64,000 nt of DNA from the human T2T-CHM13v2.0 reference genome, Homo sapiens (GCF_009914755.1 NC_060939.1), one strand, 5' to 3'; shown: positions 29,155-45,520, counted from the stretch's first letter. Translations and numbers: made by a program. Notes: generated by a model not told the origin, from the letters alone.

Positions 29155-31336
29155 AGGACTCTTCGAGGTACTCGTCCTACTGGGTCTGAGGGAGGCCTGC
29201 CGGGCAATCCAGTGAGGGACCAACGTCATGGCCCACCCTTGAGCTGCAGGCCGAGTGCCCACCTGCAAAGGGCACCCTGAGCACCTTTCTTGCTGTGCAA
29301 AATGGAAACTCCCGGCCGGTATCGACCTGCAGTGTACATAACTAGTCCCTGTGGGCATCTGGGAAATTCACAAAACTCCCCCACAGGTGTGCGGAGAAGG
29401 ACTTTGTGCTCTTGGGGGTCACTCAGCCAGCTTTGAAGCTGCCCTCTCAGTCCTGCATTTGTACACGTGTAAGTAAAACCAGTCAAAGTTCATTTCTGCC
29501 AAGTAGAGGGCTGGGGGTCTGTGTCCCTATTGCATCTTCACCAGGGGGCCTAGAGAACCAATGGGGCCACGTGGGAGAAGGGAAGAAGAAAACCGTTCTT
29601 AACTCGTTAGATAAGAGACAGTGTATTCCTAATGTGATCAAAGCCGATGGGGCTATCTGGTTTTGACTTCTGAAAACCTAGAGTGGCCATTCCTTTCTCA
29701 TTTGTTTTAAAGAGAATGTTATTTTCTATACTTTCTCATTGGTTTTATTAGCTGACCCTCAGGCCAGGGTAACTGTGCTGGGTACCTGCCAGTCTCGGAG
29801 CAGAACCTCTGATCGGTCATCTGTAGCTCCAGAGAGGTGCCCACCTGGTGCCCCAGTGACCTTCTGGAGCTGGCTTTCCTGCATGAGGGCCGTGGGGATA
29901 GAGCTGCTTTCTTTTGGGTAGGGGGAATTGGATGTTTGGGTCACATTTTCTTCCTCCAGCCTGGCCTGGTTGCCTGTGTCTTGGTGGAGGGGGCTGCAGT
30001 GAGTTGAAGTGGGACGCGGGCTCACTTGCTTGTCTTCTCAGAGCTGATACCTGGGTGAGTCCTCAGCCCACGGTGTGTGGTCAGCGGGCCATTTTTCCAG
30101 GGCTTGGGTCATTTCCATTCCAACCAGGCATTTCCTACCAGGGAGACTTATTTTAGGCTCACTGTCTAGAGACAAGGAGACAGACAAGGTCTGGAATGGT
30201 TTTTGAGTTGGAGGAAGGGAGACTAATGGGACCACCAGAGATTTTGCACTTCTATTTTAGGTTTGCCTTGTGGCCCAGAGATATTTCTAGCAGAGTTGTG
30301 TTTGGAAAGAAGCACAACTTCTTTCTAGAAGGGAGTAAATAAATAAATAAAGGAGGAGTCCAGCGCATCTTGGAGGAGACAAGTGAAGTCAGCTCCCTGG
30401 CCCCACCAGTGCTGATGCTTGGCGCAGGCTCATAATCTGGCTTGCTGACCCCTCCCATACCCTCGTTCCTCAGGCCTAGCCAGGGCCTAGCCCGCGGCAG
30501 GACTCATTATGTTGAAATAAGGAATCTGTGAATGTGCTGGGCCTGCTGTTAATGGTGCTTGCTCCCAGCCCTTTGACTTCAAAGCTGGAAGAAGGCCTTA
30601 GAGATTGTCTGAAAGCAACTGAGGCAGGAAGAAAGCTCTGTACCCAGGATTACACAGTAAGTGGCAGAGCCAGCACTCAACCTGAGCTTTCAGAGCCTGT
30701 TCCCAGTGCTGTTTCTACAAGGCCACTGTCTCTGCTACTGCTGGGGATCCCGAATCAAGCTCACTTCAAAGAATGTAGCTATGAGAGCATGAAACCGTGC
30801 GCTCACGCCGCACACGAGTTGGGTAAATGGAGCGCCTCATTTTCCAGATGTGTTACAGAAACTGTGCTGGAGGATGTGACTGGCCAGTGAGACAACTAGG
30901 GGGAACTGGGTGATTCAGGCTGTTTCAACACTGACTTCTTCAAAGTCCAACAATCAGAGAAGCAGTTTAGTCATCGGGATTTTCTCACATCACACCATTT
31001 TTTGATCTGGAATGCTTTCTTCATACTTTGACTTGTATGTGATTTATTTAGGATTGGTCAGGAGAGAAGAGAAGGAGTGTAAGGACCCAAGACCTGAACT
31101 GATTTCCATCTGTGGGTTAAATGTACTAGAACGTTTGTGAGGGTAGACGTCTTTGCTTTGTTCATTGCGGAGCCCCTGTGCCTAGAATAGGGTCTGATCT
31201 ATAGTGGGCCCTCAGTAGATACTTGCTGAATGAATGTACTGGACATTAGGGAAGATTTGCCTGCCAGAAGGAACCCATGAATGACACAGGCAGGGACAGG
31301 GAGGTGATTGATGGGAGCTGCAGAGTTGTGCTGTGA

Positions 31337-31776
<440 letters not shown>

Positions 31777-32724
31777 TCAGAATATAGGGAGAATAATAAT
31801 AATCATGTGTCTTAGGCCAGAATTATGCTACGTGCTTTGTGTATTTGTCTCTCTTAGTTCTTGCAGGTGCTGGCTCTTGCATTCTTATCCTCATTTGGCA
31901 GAGGAGTTAAATAACTTGTCCAAGGGCACAGAGCTGGTATCTAAACCCAGGCTGTCTAACTTCAAACTTTGCCTCTCAGGAACGATGATGTGGTCATATG
32001 TCTCTGCCCATGCCAAAGAGTTGGGCGTTCAGCACTTTGGGGTTCCTTGGAAGGACAGCAGCAGAAAAACTAAAGAAGAAATTGTGGGTCTGCAGCAGAG
32101 GGAGGCTGGTCAGGGAGTGTGCCTGAAGAGGGTTCACCCAGTGAGGCCTATAAGGGAATGCTTATTTTAGGGGCCTAACTGTTCCTCAAGCAGAGTGGCT
32201 GTTGTGAGATTAGGGCTATTTTGCACTTGATAAAGATGTAGGAGATCTTTTTATGGGCAAAGATTGCTTTTCAGGTTAAAGTTTAGTTGGCATATATTTG
32301 AAACTAGTGGGAATTTTAAAACTAAGAAATGTCCTTTTTGGCCTTGATACCACCAGAGGCTGTTTGCCACATGTGTAAACATTACCTGCCTGCTCCAGGA
32401 TGCTGGCCCAGCCTGTTCCAGACCACAGCAGCTCCTCATTCATTGGCAGTCTGTGATGTGCTAGACACTGTGCAGGTCCCGTCCTCGTGAAGCTTGCAGT
32501 CTCCCTGGGAGGCAGGCATTAAACTAATAATTACACAAATACTCTTTAATTACAGTGGTTATAAATGCTTCAAAGGAAAAAGTACAGAGGCATAGAAGCC
32601 AGTAATCATGGAGAGGGGGAGGGGAGGCTTTCCTGAAGAAAGGACATTTAAATAGCCACCTGCAGTGTGGATGAAGAGGCTTTAACCAGGGTGGTACAGT
32701 TCATTAACCTTGATGTGAACCTTG

Positions 32725-32860
32725 CCACTCCATATGTGGTCCATGGACCAGCATCAGCGTTACCTGGTAGTGAGTTAGAGATGCAGAGCCCTGGGCTCCT
32801 CAGCAAACCTACTGGATCTGCATTTTAATTCACATGCATGGTAATGTCTGTAAAGCACTG
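32725..32860 (+). mobile_element. MER5A (hAT-Charlie DNA transposon) hosting MIR3174
   Basis: tgtggtcc..ggaccagcatcagc..acctgg..gttagagatgcaga..acctactg..tctgcattttaa..aagcactg resembles the MER5A consensus. Confidence 0.7.
32759..32845 (+). ncRNA. MIR3174: pre-miRNA hsa-mir-3174; mature miR-3174 UAGUGAGUUAGAGAUGCAGAGCC at 32768-32790
   Basis: Sequence GTTACCTGGTAGTGAGTTAGAGATGCAGAGCC...TCTGCATTTTAATTCACATGCATGGTAAT recognised from memory. The arms are complementary (GTTACC/GGTAAT, GTGAGTTAGAGATGCAGA/TCTGCATTTTAATTCAC). Confidence 0.9.
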
Positions 32861-33389
32861 ATGGACTCAAAAGTACTGAAATGACAGGTTCTCAGCTTTG
32901 CTGGGAGCTCATTGGGTGACGCTGGGAAAGTCACCCTGGGGTGACTTCTCTGATGTTTGGCTTTTTCCAGTTTGTGCTGTCTACCTGCTTGTTGAGGGTG
33001 ACCCACCCCTGTGTTGCTGTTGATGGAGACCCTGCAGACTCTAGTCCATGCTCTGGTCTGACTTCTGTAAGCACTGAAGATGGGCTGAACCATCAGAGCT
33101 TTTGATAAGGATCAGAATAATTCCCTAAAAGTGTGTGGAGCTGCACACAGAGATTGTCTTAAGGTGACCCTGGGAGGATTTGGCCTGAAGCAAGAGAAAA
33201 ACTGGCAAGGGTCAAAAGGGCTTTGGGGAGGAAAGGTGTAACGTTTCTGCCAAAAGCGGAACCTAAAACGGGGAGAGAGAGGCACCTGCTCAATAGTTCC
33301 ATGCATGGGAACATAATACTTTTAAGAATTGCCTCAGAGTTTTATCCCTGAGACCTTCACATCACTGTAGAGAAGACCAGACGGTTGAA

Positions 33390-33540
33390 ATCAGGGGTCC
33401 TGGACTCTTGCAGTGTGTGGGTGGGCTTCAAGGGTCAGGGGTACTTGAAACTGTGCAGAAGGTTACATGTGTGCACTTTTCTGGGAAGAGGAGCCGTAGC
33501 TTTCACTGGCCTCAAGGGAGATTGCGGCTCTAAGAATTTG
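33390..33540. mobile_element. hAT-Charlie MER (MER103-like)
   Basis: ttttctgggaagaggagccgtagctttca..ctcaagggag motif. Confidence 0.45.
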
Positions 33541-34336
33541 TCAAATGTCTTACTGGACTAACCTCACCCAACTCTCTTGTTATACAGCACATGCGATATG
33601 CCAGGCATAATTGTAAGCACTTTATACATACTGTTAGCTCATTTAGGTTGAATACCTTTCTGGAGGTCACAGATCTAGTAAGCCTCAGAGCCAGGATTAG
33701 AACCCAGGCACTGGGGTCCCAGAGTCGCTGGTTGCAAAGCCTACCCTAGTAACAGGGCAAGCAGGACTAGGGGCGAGCTCTTTTTTGGTAGCACAGATGA
33801 AGAGGCTCACCCCCACCCCCACTTTACAAGTAAGCATCTCCCCAGTTGTTCATGTAAAACATAGAAAGCATTTTCCCAAGGAAGCACCTTGTGAATAGCT
33901 CCAGGTTGCCAGGCTAGCCCATGAAAGCCTGTATCACTGTTGGGCCCAACTCATGCTTGTTTGCAAAGAAAGTAATTAGAAAACAAAACTGCTGCCGCAC
34001 CAAAGGCTAAATTAAAAATTCTAGAATTGGAAAGAAGGCACTTGAAGAATTGCACCCTTAAATCAGGGAGGTAAGGTGGCAACAGGAAATTGGGGTAGAT
34101 TCTGAAAGGGAGGGATTAAAGGATGTTACAGCCAAAGCACAGCCAAATATATGTTGAATCAGCAGCTTCAAAAGGTAAAACAACTGTTTTTTATTACCTA
34201 CTAATTAATGTGTATGGCTCACAGACCTGACCCTTCCCCCATCCCTAGTGCCTACCCCAAGTACAGAGGCCTTTTGTCTTTTCTCTCATTCATTTTGTGT
34301 TGTTTGAATTTTTATCCAGTATGTATTATCTTTATT

Positions 34337-34413
34337 ATATACATGTAGTATATATATATGTATAGTACATATGTGTATATATATGTATATGTGTATATAT
34401 GTATATAGTATAC

Positions 34414-34444
<31 letters not shown>

Positions 34445-34472
34445 CATATATATATATGTATATATATATACA
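34337..34472 (+). repeat. Compound (TA)n/(TG)n microsatellite
   Basis: Direct reading. Confidence 0.9.
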
Positions 34473-34503
34473 TGAAGTAAAAGAACTATTAGAAGTGGGT
34501 TGG

Positions 34504-34790
34504 AGGCCGGGCACAGTGGCTCATGCCTGTAATCACAGGACTTTGGGAGGCCCAGGCAGGAGGATTGCTTGAGCCCAGGAGTTTGAGAACAGCCTGGGCA
34601 ACATAGTGAGACCCTGTCTCTACAAAAAAGTTTTATAAATCAGTCGGTGGCACGTGTAGCTGTAGTCCCAGCTACTTAAGAGACTGAGGTGGGAGGATCG
34701 CTTGAGCCCAGGAGGTTGAGGCTGCAGTGAGCTATGATGGCCTCAGTGTACTCCAGCCTGAAAACCCTGTCTCAAAAAAAAAAAGAAAAG
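34504..34790 (+). mobile_element. AluJ
   Basis: TSD agaagtgggttgg. Confidence 0.9.
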
Positions 34791-35884
34791 AAGTGGGTTG
34801 GTCTCTTTCGCAATCACCATTGTAAAGGATTTTCTGATATTAAATACATATGCTCTATTGTGTGTTTATTTCTGGGAGAACTAAGAAAACTGTTGGAAAT
34901 GTGAGGATTTTTAGTGTAGTCGGAAGCTGAGAATAAGTGATCATATTGCGACCCAACTATTTTCCCTTTCTTCTTTCCCTGCCCCCAGCATGTTATATAT
35001 ATGGAATCGAAATGAAGTTAGAATGGTCACTACAGAAAGCAGGAATGTCCACCCTCCGCATTTAAATGGGAAACTATAACTTTTGTGATAACTCTTGGTT
35101 ATGTGTGTTTTTGTCTTCTGGATGGTACCTGAAATGCCATCCCGGACCCCATCCCGTTCTCGGTGGGACTGCAAGGATATGGGCTTCCAGACTGGGAAGA
35201 CTGTCCTGCATGTGTTTGGTAAAAGACAACGGCTAAAACCTGGGGCACATCAGAATGTCCTCGCAAGGACCAAGTCCAAGCTGGCCCCTTGAGAAGCATC
35301 AGGTACCCTTTGGAAGCTGGTAGTGCTGGTCAGTTTAATCTCACTCTGTGATGTCCGATCCTCGGGCCCTGGGCTCACAAGCCATCGCTTCCCATCGTGG
35401 CTCCATTCTGTAGCTGCAAATCACAAGACTGTAGACTTGCCATTACCCAGAAGCAGGTCACCTCTGAAATTCAGAACTCTTCCTGTCCTCCCACTACACA
35501 GCACTCCTTGAAGCAGCCCTGCCCACCCCTGCCCCAACCTGGGAAATCTGTGCCCACTTCCCTGGTCCATTCCCCATGTGCCCACCATCAGCCCCACTGC
35601 TTGTTCCTCTGTGTCCTGCCCTGGCTTCCTCCCTAGGTCTGGGCACCCCACATCCTCCTATGCCTTAATTCTCTACCTACAGCTACAGTCACACCTCTCT
35701 CTCCCTCCCCAACCCCAACCTGTGTCACTTCTCTTTACCCTAGGATTTCACAAAGAAGAGTCCACTCTGTCCCCACTTCCTCTCTCCCCCTCTTCTCCTT
35801 GCCAGCTCAACAACAGTGGAGCGTTTCAGCCCAGCCCACTCTCACTCCAGCTGGCTCTCCTAGAGGTCCCTGGCCACCTACTCA

Positions 35885-35962
35885 TGCCCAGTGGCCCATC
35901 TTGTGTGACTTCCTCTTACCTGACTGCCCGGTGGCCCATCTTGTGACTTCCTCTTACCTGAC
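35885..35962 (+). repeat. Tandem duplication, 40-bp plus 38-bp units
   Basis: tgccc(a/g)gtggcccatcttgtg(tg)acttcctcttacctgac occurs twice. Confidence 0.9.
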
Positions 35963-36299
35963 TTCTCCATAGCAGTTATTGTCATGAATAGTCTTCTCCA
36001 CCTTGGGTCTGGCTCATCACTCTGGGTCCTTTTCCTACCTCTCTCATCTGTTTTTTTGTACCATTCTTTCCTGTTGCTATGCTTTGGTGCCTTGGCCACA
36101 GTTCATTGCTACTTGCTTACCTACCATGACTGTGGTTTCAGCCTGTATAGGACTCTTGGCCTATGATCCCTGTCCTCATGTCTCCTGTAGACAGCCTAGG
36201 GCTGGATTTCCTTTTGTTTTTAATCTAGTCTGATATCTGTGCTCTTTAACCAGAGAGTTCAAGCCATTTGCATTTGTTATGGTTTTGGAAATAGATGGA

Positions 36300-36597
36300 T
36301 TTCTTTTTTTTGAGACAGGGTCTCACTCTGTCACCTCGGCTGGAGTGCAGTGGCAGATCTCAGCTCACTGCAACCTCCGCCTCCTAGGCTCAAGTGATCC
36401 TCCCACCTCCGCCTCCCAAGTAGCTGGGACCACAGGCATGCACCACCACAGCTGGCTAATTTTTATTTTTTTTATTTTTTGTAGAGATGGGGTTTTTCCA
36501 TGTTGCCCAGGCTGGTCTTGAACCCTGAGCTCAGGCTATCCACTTGCCTCAGCCTCCCATAGCGCTGGGATTACAGTGTGAGCCACCGCACCTGGCC
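36300..36597 (-). mobile_element. AluJ
   Basis: Full dimer. Confidence 0.85.
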
Positions 36598-36759
36598 AAA
36601 ACAGGATGCAGATTTCTTTCTACCATCGTATTTGGTGTTTTCTATGTGTTCTTTTTCTGATTCTTCTGTTCATTCTTTTGAATTGATTGAAAGATTTTTT
36701 TCTTTCCTTCAGTCCGTTTTTTCTCTACTGCTTTGAAACTCATATACTCTTTTTAAAAA

Positions 36760-37411
<652 letters not shown>

Positions 37412-37927
37412 TGAAAGGCAGACTGTGTAATGTTCAGTTGGTGTCTATATATTTTTTTCAAACAATGTAAAGACCTTAGAATGCTTTATATAAAGTCACC
37501 ACTGTCCCTCCCCACATTCCATTGTCATACAATGGTTTATGTTTCTGTCTTTAATCCCACAAATTGGACTCTAATTATAATGTTATATACACTTAATCCT
37601 TTGTTTTTATTTTCCACATATTTACCTTTTACTCACATTTTCCCTTTCATCTCAGGTCTTCTTTCTGGGATCAGAACATCATGTGGCAAAGGTCTTTTAG
37701 TCATAAGCTTTCAGTGTCCGTTTGGCTGAAATCTTATTTCATCCTTATTCTTTTTTTTCTTCTTCTTCTTTTTTTTAGCCTAGAATATATATAATAATGG
37801 CTTCATCCTTACTCTTAAAAGATAGTTTTGCTGGGTATAAAACATTAGCCTGACCATTATTTTCTCAGTATTTACAAGCGTCATTCCACTGTCTTCAGGC
37901 TTTCATTGTTGATATTAAGAAGCTGGG

Positions 37928-38574
<647 letters not shown>

Positions 38575-39086
38575 AACTTTTTCATTTTTAATCTTTTTTT
38601 ATTCCGGGTGTTTTCAGGGTAATTTTTTTTTCCATGAACAGAGCAATGAAGGGGTAATTTCTTGTTTTCTAGGTCACTAATTCTCTCTTTAGTTATCTCT
38701 AATCCCTGTTTAGCCCTTCACTGAGGTATTTTTAATATCAATATTAACTCATAGATTTAATATATCTAATGTGTTTTACTCCATTGCAGTTGTTATTTTT
38801 GATGCTCATCCATTGAGCTTGTAATGTGAATGATTATTTTTTTTTATTTCTGGGTTTCTATTTTATTATTTTTCAAATATGCTCGGTCTTTTAAAAAACA
38901 ATCTCTTACTCCTTGTGTTTTTTAATTCCTCACTTTATTTCTTTAATCATATTAAACACGTTTATTTTGTATTCTGTATCCAATAAATCTAATATCTAAA
39001 GTATTTGCAATTATAGTTGTATTGTTTGATGCTTCTGCTGACTTCCACTCATGAGGGTGTGTTCCTTAGGTGTTCTGTGATTTTTG

Positions 39087-39406
39087 CTTTTTGTTTGTTT
39101 ATTTATTTAGTTATTCATTTGAGATGGAGTTTCATTCTTGTTGCCCAGGCTGGAGTGCAGTGGCACAATCTCGGCTTGCTGCAACCTCCACCTCCCCCGG
39201 GTTCAAGTGATTCTCCTGGCTCAGTCTCCTGAGGAGCTGGGATTACAGGTGTGTCCACCACCATGCCTGGCTAAGTTTTGTATTTGTAGTAGAGATGGGG
39301 TTTCACCATGTTGGCCAGGCTGGTCTCGGACTTCTGACCTCAAGTGATCTGCCCACCTTGGCCTCCCAAAGTACTGGTATTACAGGTGTGACCACTGTGC
39401 CTGGCC
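39087..39406 (-). mobile_element. AluS
   Basis: Full dimer. Confidence 0.9.
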
Positions 39407-40399
39407 AGGTGTTGTGTGATTTTTGATTGCAAGCTTATGCTTATTAGGATTCTATCTGTGAGAATTCTTTGAGGTATAGGATGAGAGTCCCTTCTCAGGG
39501 AGGATGTGTGTTTCCTTCTGCTAGGTACCTGAAGGGCCTACAGATGGATTCATTTCTCTATAATTCTTAGCTTGCAGTTTTGACAACCAGAACCTAAACC
39601 CACATAAGAGCCTGCCAATGACCACAGATTCTCAGAGGAACCTTTTTTTTAAAACTCCACCCACAGCTAACACTAAGATTACTTCCTTCCTGAATACATA
39701 TCACCAGACGCTCTCCTTTGTCCCATTGTCGCTATATTGCCAAATGCCTTCTCTCGATTTTTGGTCAAAGTCCTAATCATTTCAGGTCCAATTAAAAACT
39801 CAGTATCTCTTGAGCCTTCCCCACACCATATGTTGCAAAATTATCTGGTCTTTCCACATTCACAGCGTTCACAGGCCACTGTTGCATTACCTATTAGTCT
39901 GTGAGTGTACACGTTCGGACCCCACACTGGATTCTGAGCTTTTTGAAAGCCCAGAGCTGTATCATTTATTTCTGGAGCCCCAGTTCCTGGCTCACTGTTG
40001 TGCAGAGTAGTTGTTTCATAGATATTTATTGATCAAATAGAATTTATGGCAAAACCAGTACTTCTCTTCTTTTTGAATAGTAATAAAAAAAAAAAAAATC
40101 ACAAGCCCAAGCACCCCCGGTCTTGGACAAAGCCAGTTTACCTCTTTGGATCTCAGTATCCTTAGCTGTAAAATGAAAGGATGCTCTGAGGTCTCTACTT
40201 GTTCTAAGACACTGACATCCGATGCAGCTGTGTGGCTGTCAGTCACAGTACCATGGATCAACTCTTGACTCACAAATTGAATGAAGGGATGGGAGGGCTG
40301 TGGTAAGAAAGAGTGTAATTCTGAGGTAACTGGGCATGAGTTGGAAGAGAGGAAGGAGAAGGGACTTCAAGATGGGTTAATATAAAATAAAGATGGCAG

Positions 40400-40535
40400 A
40401 ACCAGGCATGATGGTGTGTTCCTGTAATCCCAGCTACACTAGAGGCTGAGGTGGGAGGATCAGTTGTACCCGGGAGTTTGAATCCAGTCTGGGAAACATA
40501 GTGAGACCCTATCTCTTAAAAAAAAAAAAAAAAAA
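40400..40535 (+). mobile_element. FLAM
   Basis: Monomer, TSD aaagatggca. Confidence 0.8.
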
Positions 40536-40895
40536 AGATGGCATTTAAAAAATTATGACCTGGTTTAACTAGATGGCCATCTAAAAAACGAACACATTAA
40601 AACAAAATAAATTTCAGTTGGGTTAAAGATGGTAAATATTTTTAAAAATGAACTTGGAGAAAGTACTTTCTAAGAATGACTTAAAACCCAGAAGTCATAA
40701 GAGAAAAAATTAATATATTTGACCCTATGCAAGTAAAGAATTTCTTCTTGGCAGAATCCATCATAAAATCAAAGGAGTCTCCCAGTTCTCAAAATTGGGA
40801 AAGCATTTTTGCAACATATATCATGGAGCTCATTTCCATTTCCTTAATATCTAAAGAGTTCCTACAAGTCATTAAGAAAAAGACCATCAACTGAA

Positions 40896-41195
40896 TTTTT
40901 TTTTTTTTTTTTTTGAGATGGAGTTTTGCTCTTGTTGCCCAGGCTGAAGTACAATGGCGCGATCTTGCCTCACCGCAGCCTCTGTCTTCCAGGTTCAAGC
41001 GATTCTCCTGCCTCAGCCTCCTGAGTAGCTGGGATTACAGGCATGCACCACTACCCCAGCTAATTTTGTACTTTTAGTAGAGATGGGGTTTCTCCATGTT
41101 GGTCAAGCTGGTCTTGAACTCTTGACCTCAGGTGATCCACCCGCCTCAGCCTCCCAAAGTGCTGGGATTACAGGCATGAGCCACTGCGCCTGGCC
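40896..41195 (-). mobile_element. AluSp-like
   Basis: Full dimer. Confidence 0.9.
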
Positions 41196-41600
41196 CATCA
41201 ACCAAATTTTTAAAGCAGGCTAAAAACACAGACAGTTCACAGAAAAGGTTCTGAACCATATGAGAATGTGAGAGCCCACTAGCAATAAGAGAAACACAAG
41301 TTTTCTGTGGAGATGTGTTGGTGGGGAACAGATACTCTCATAGTTGTTGATAGAGGTGTAAATCAGTACAACTTTTATGGAGGAAATTCTGGCAATAGTT
41401 ATTAAAATTAAAAGTGCACGGGCAATTTCTCTTTTGGAAATTTCTCTTAACAGATAAATTGTACATGTGTGAAATGATGCATTTTTCAAGATAGTTAATT
41501 GCATCATTGCTTGTAAAAGGAAAAGAGAAAGGAAACAGCCAGAATGTCCGTCACTAGAGAACTGGTAAATAAATTATCCAGCCACCATACAATGCAATTC

Positions 41601-41909
<309 letters not shown>

Positions 41910-42396
41910 AATGCCATACGATGCAATTCTGTGCAGTTGTAATAAAGAATGGACACGCCCTATGTACCAATGTACACTATGTACCAACTAAGACATTTTA
42001 AGTGAGAGAGAGGGATAGAATGCCTGCTTATGCAGTAGCTCCGCAAGGATATCTAGGAGGCTGGTAACAGTGGTTTCCCACAGTCGGGGCTGACTTTTCA
42101 TGGTGTATCTTTTTCTGTATTTTGAATCTTGTACCTTGTGCACATACTACCTAATAATTTTTTTTAAAGAAGGAAAAAAGGATGGGTAGAAAGAAAGGAG
42201 GGTAGGCGGAGGTGGGGAAGAAGTCTTTCACCTTTGCTCTGCATTTTCACATAGACGATTTCAGTTAATACTCTCCAGAAACTGGTGCAAGGTTATCATT
42301 TTTAGACCGAGAAACTGAAGCTCAGAAGTCTGAAATGACTTGCCCAAGTTCATGGAGAGAGTTAGCCTTGGAACCTGGCATTGAATTCAGTCCTGA

Positions 42397-42725
<329 letters not shown>

Positions 42726-44128
42726 TCTTGTTTTTTTTAACCAACATTTCATTGGTCAAGGACAAATGGCCATACACCATAGCCTAGACCCATCTCTGCA
42801 AAGGGAGTGACTGTAAAGAAACTTCCACTCCTGCCTCTGCAGCTGGCTTGTGCCTACGGGGCAAAAGCTCAGGCAGTAGGTGGTAAAGGCAAGCCCAGAG
42901 CCCAGCCAGCCACATCAGACACTTCGAGGAGGATTACGGATTGGCTCTGCAGTCCTGCCTTTGAAGTTCCCAGCTTTTATCAGAATGTCTGAACCTTAGC
43001 GTTATTTCAAGGGAGCTTTTCTTTCTGTCTGTAAACTGGCCTCAGGTAGGTGCCAGCTGCTGCCAGGTGCTGAGGGAGCATTTCCTGGCTCCCTAAGCTG
43101 GTGCATTCACTTTGTTTTATGGCAGGGAACTTTTTAGGGGTAAAGGCACTTGGTACTTGGAAGATTCTGGGAGAATAACTTTTTAAAAATATTTTTCTAT
43201 TCAGAAGTGCCATTGGATAGCATGTCTTTAATTAAAGGGAGGGAGAGGTGCATTTTTATTATTTGTTTCCCAGAACCACCTGTGCTGTTTTTCAAAGTAG
43301 GGTATTGACTGCTTCCTCCTTGCTGATGAGAAATGCTGTATGGAGAACAAAGCTGAAAGTGTTGGCCATATATAATACAAGGCTGTAATTTACAGGCTAT
43401 AGCTTCACCAGGGGAAGAATTTGATGTCTTTAAGAGATACAAAATCATCCAGCTCCGGCTGTCCTTGTGTGTGGTGCCATATTTATTTTCTAACTTGGAG
43501 TCATCATTCTTTAAGAAAGAAGCAGGGTCCTTTTGGGCTGAGGAATGCTCTCGGGGGTAGGAAGTTTTCGGGATCTGTGGGCCTGAGCTGGCATGTCCAA
43601 CATCCTGTCACTATACTGCTTGGCATCTTGCAAGGGATGCATCCTAATGACCCATCCTGTCCACTTTTGTTTGGTTACTTGGTGAAGGTGGGAGTGTCTT
43701 GAACAGCATGGTGCTGTTCCCCTGGAAAGTTTATACTCATCAGTGCCCAGTTGTTTGCAGAATTCGAGAATGGATGGGAAGCACCCAGGAAACGGTTCCC
43801 AAATGGATGCATTTTGATATCTGAAATAGACTTTAAAGCTTTTGGCTTTTGATCATAAAGGGACCGGCAACATTGAGACACCTCCCCACTGCTCCTCAGG
43901 TTTTCCTGGTGCTTGAATAATTAAGGCCATGCCCTATGGAATCTCCTTCCTTGGGCTCCAGGGCATCTCTCTTAGCAAAGGCTAGCTTCTCACTCACAGT
44001 GTGCTGTGAGCGCTCTGGACGTCCTACCCAGCATTCTGCTCCATCATCTTCTTGTGTTCTGTCTCCCCCAGAAAAACTTCTGTGTAACATCAGCTGTGTT
44101 CTTTTGCTTCAATTACAGAGCTTGTTAG

Positions 44129-44518
<390 letters not shown>

Positions 44519-44989
44519 TAGATTAACAAATCTCAGATTAAGAACTGGCCTTTTTTCGCCTCCTCTTTGAATTCACTGTCTAAAGAAACGGCCATTGCCC
44601 TTTCCGTAAACCAGGACAGAGGTCATGTCTGCTTTGCCTTTTTGCACCTTGGCCCCTGCCTGCCCCTCACCTCCCCACTCAGCTACAGTGACTGGAAGGG
44701 CCCACACAGGAAAGCTGGGCCCTGGGTCTTCATGGACGTTGCTGGAGGATGTGTCTCCCTGCTGGTGGCTCTCAGTCTTCCTGTGCTCAGTAGGGCCTTC
44801 TGGAGGATTCTAATTTCCCTGTCCTGGAAACCACCTTGAAAATATTCTTAAATATTCTTAGGTGGATTTAAGATGTCTCTGTCTAGTGGTTTTTTGTTTG
44901 TTTGTTTGTTTTTTAATCCATCTTAGATTTGAATGCCCAAGGAATGAACAGTCTCTTGGATCTTGTATCTCTTCCTTTTGTTTTTTAGA

Positions 44990-45520
44990 AAATAGCTTTT
45001 ATTGATTTTTTTTTCTTGCTACAAAGAGGTTGATGATTATTGCAGAAAATTTAGGGACTATAAGTAGGCAAAAAAGATAAAAACCACCTATAATTATTAA
45101 TATTTTAGTATATTGTATAGCCCCCCCAGAATATTTTTCAATTTCAAAAGATGAGATCATACTGTTTGTACCATCTTATTACTTTTTCTTTCTTTTTTTT
45201 TTTTTTTTTTTTTTGCTTTTACTTTACAACATGTGATTAAAATTTCCATCAGGTTAAGCAGCCTCCGTCAAGTCACTTTAAAGGGTTGTATAGTTCTTTT
45301 GAACAGATGGACTATCATTTATTTAACCAATCTCCTACATTTAGCTTGTTTCCTCTGTTTCTGTCTTGTAAAGAATGCTGTGGTAAACATCCTTGGGTAT
45401 ATTTGCCCACAGACTTGGTTATTTCCTTGGGATACATCTCCAGAAGAGAATCACTGGGCCAAGGACACATTCTAAAGGCTGTTCGTCTAGATGGGTAAAT
45501 TGCCCCCAGACACATTGTAT
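44990..45520 (-). mobile_element. Old L1 (L1MC4/ME-like) 3' fragment
   Basis: tttatttaaccaatctcct, gctgtggtaaacatccttg, atttccttgggata motifs. Confidence 0.55.
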
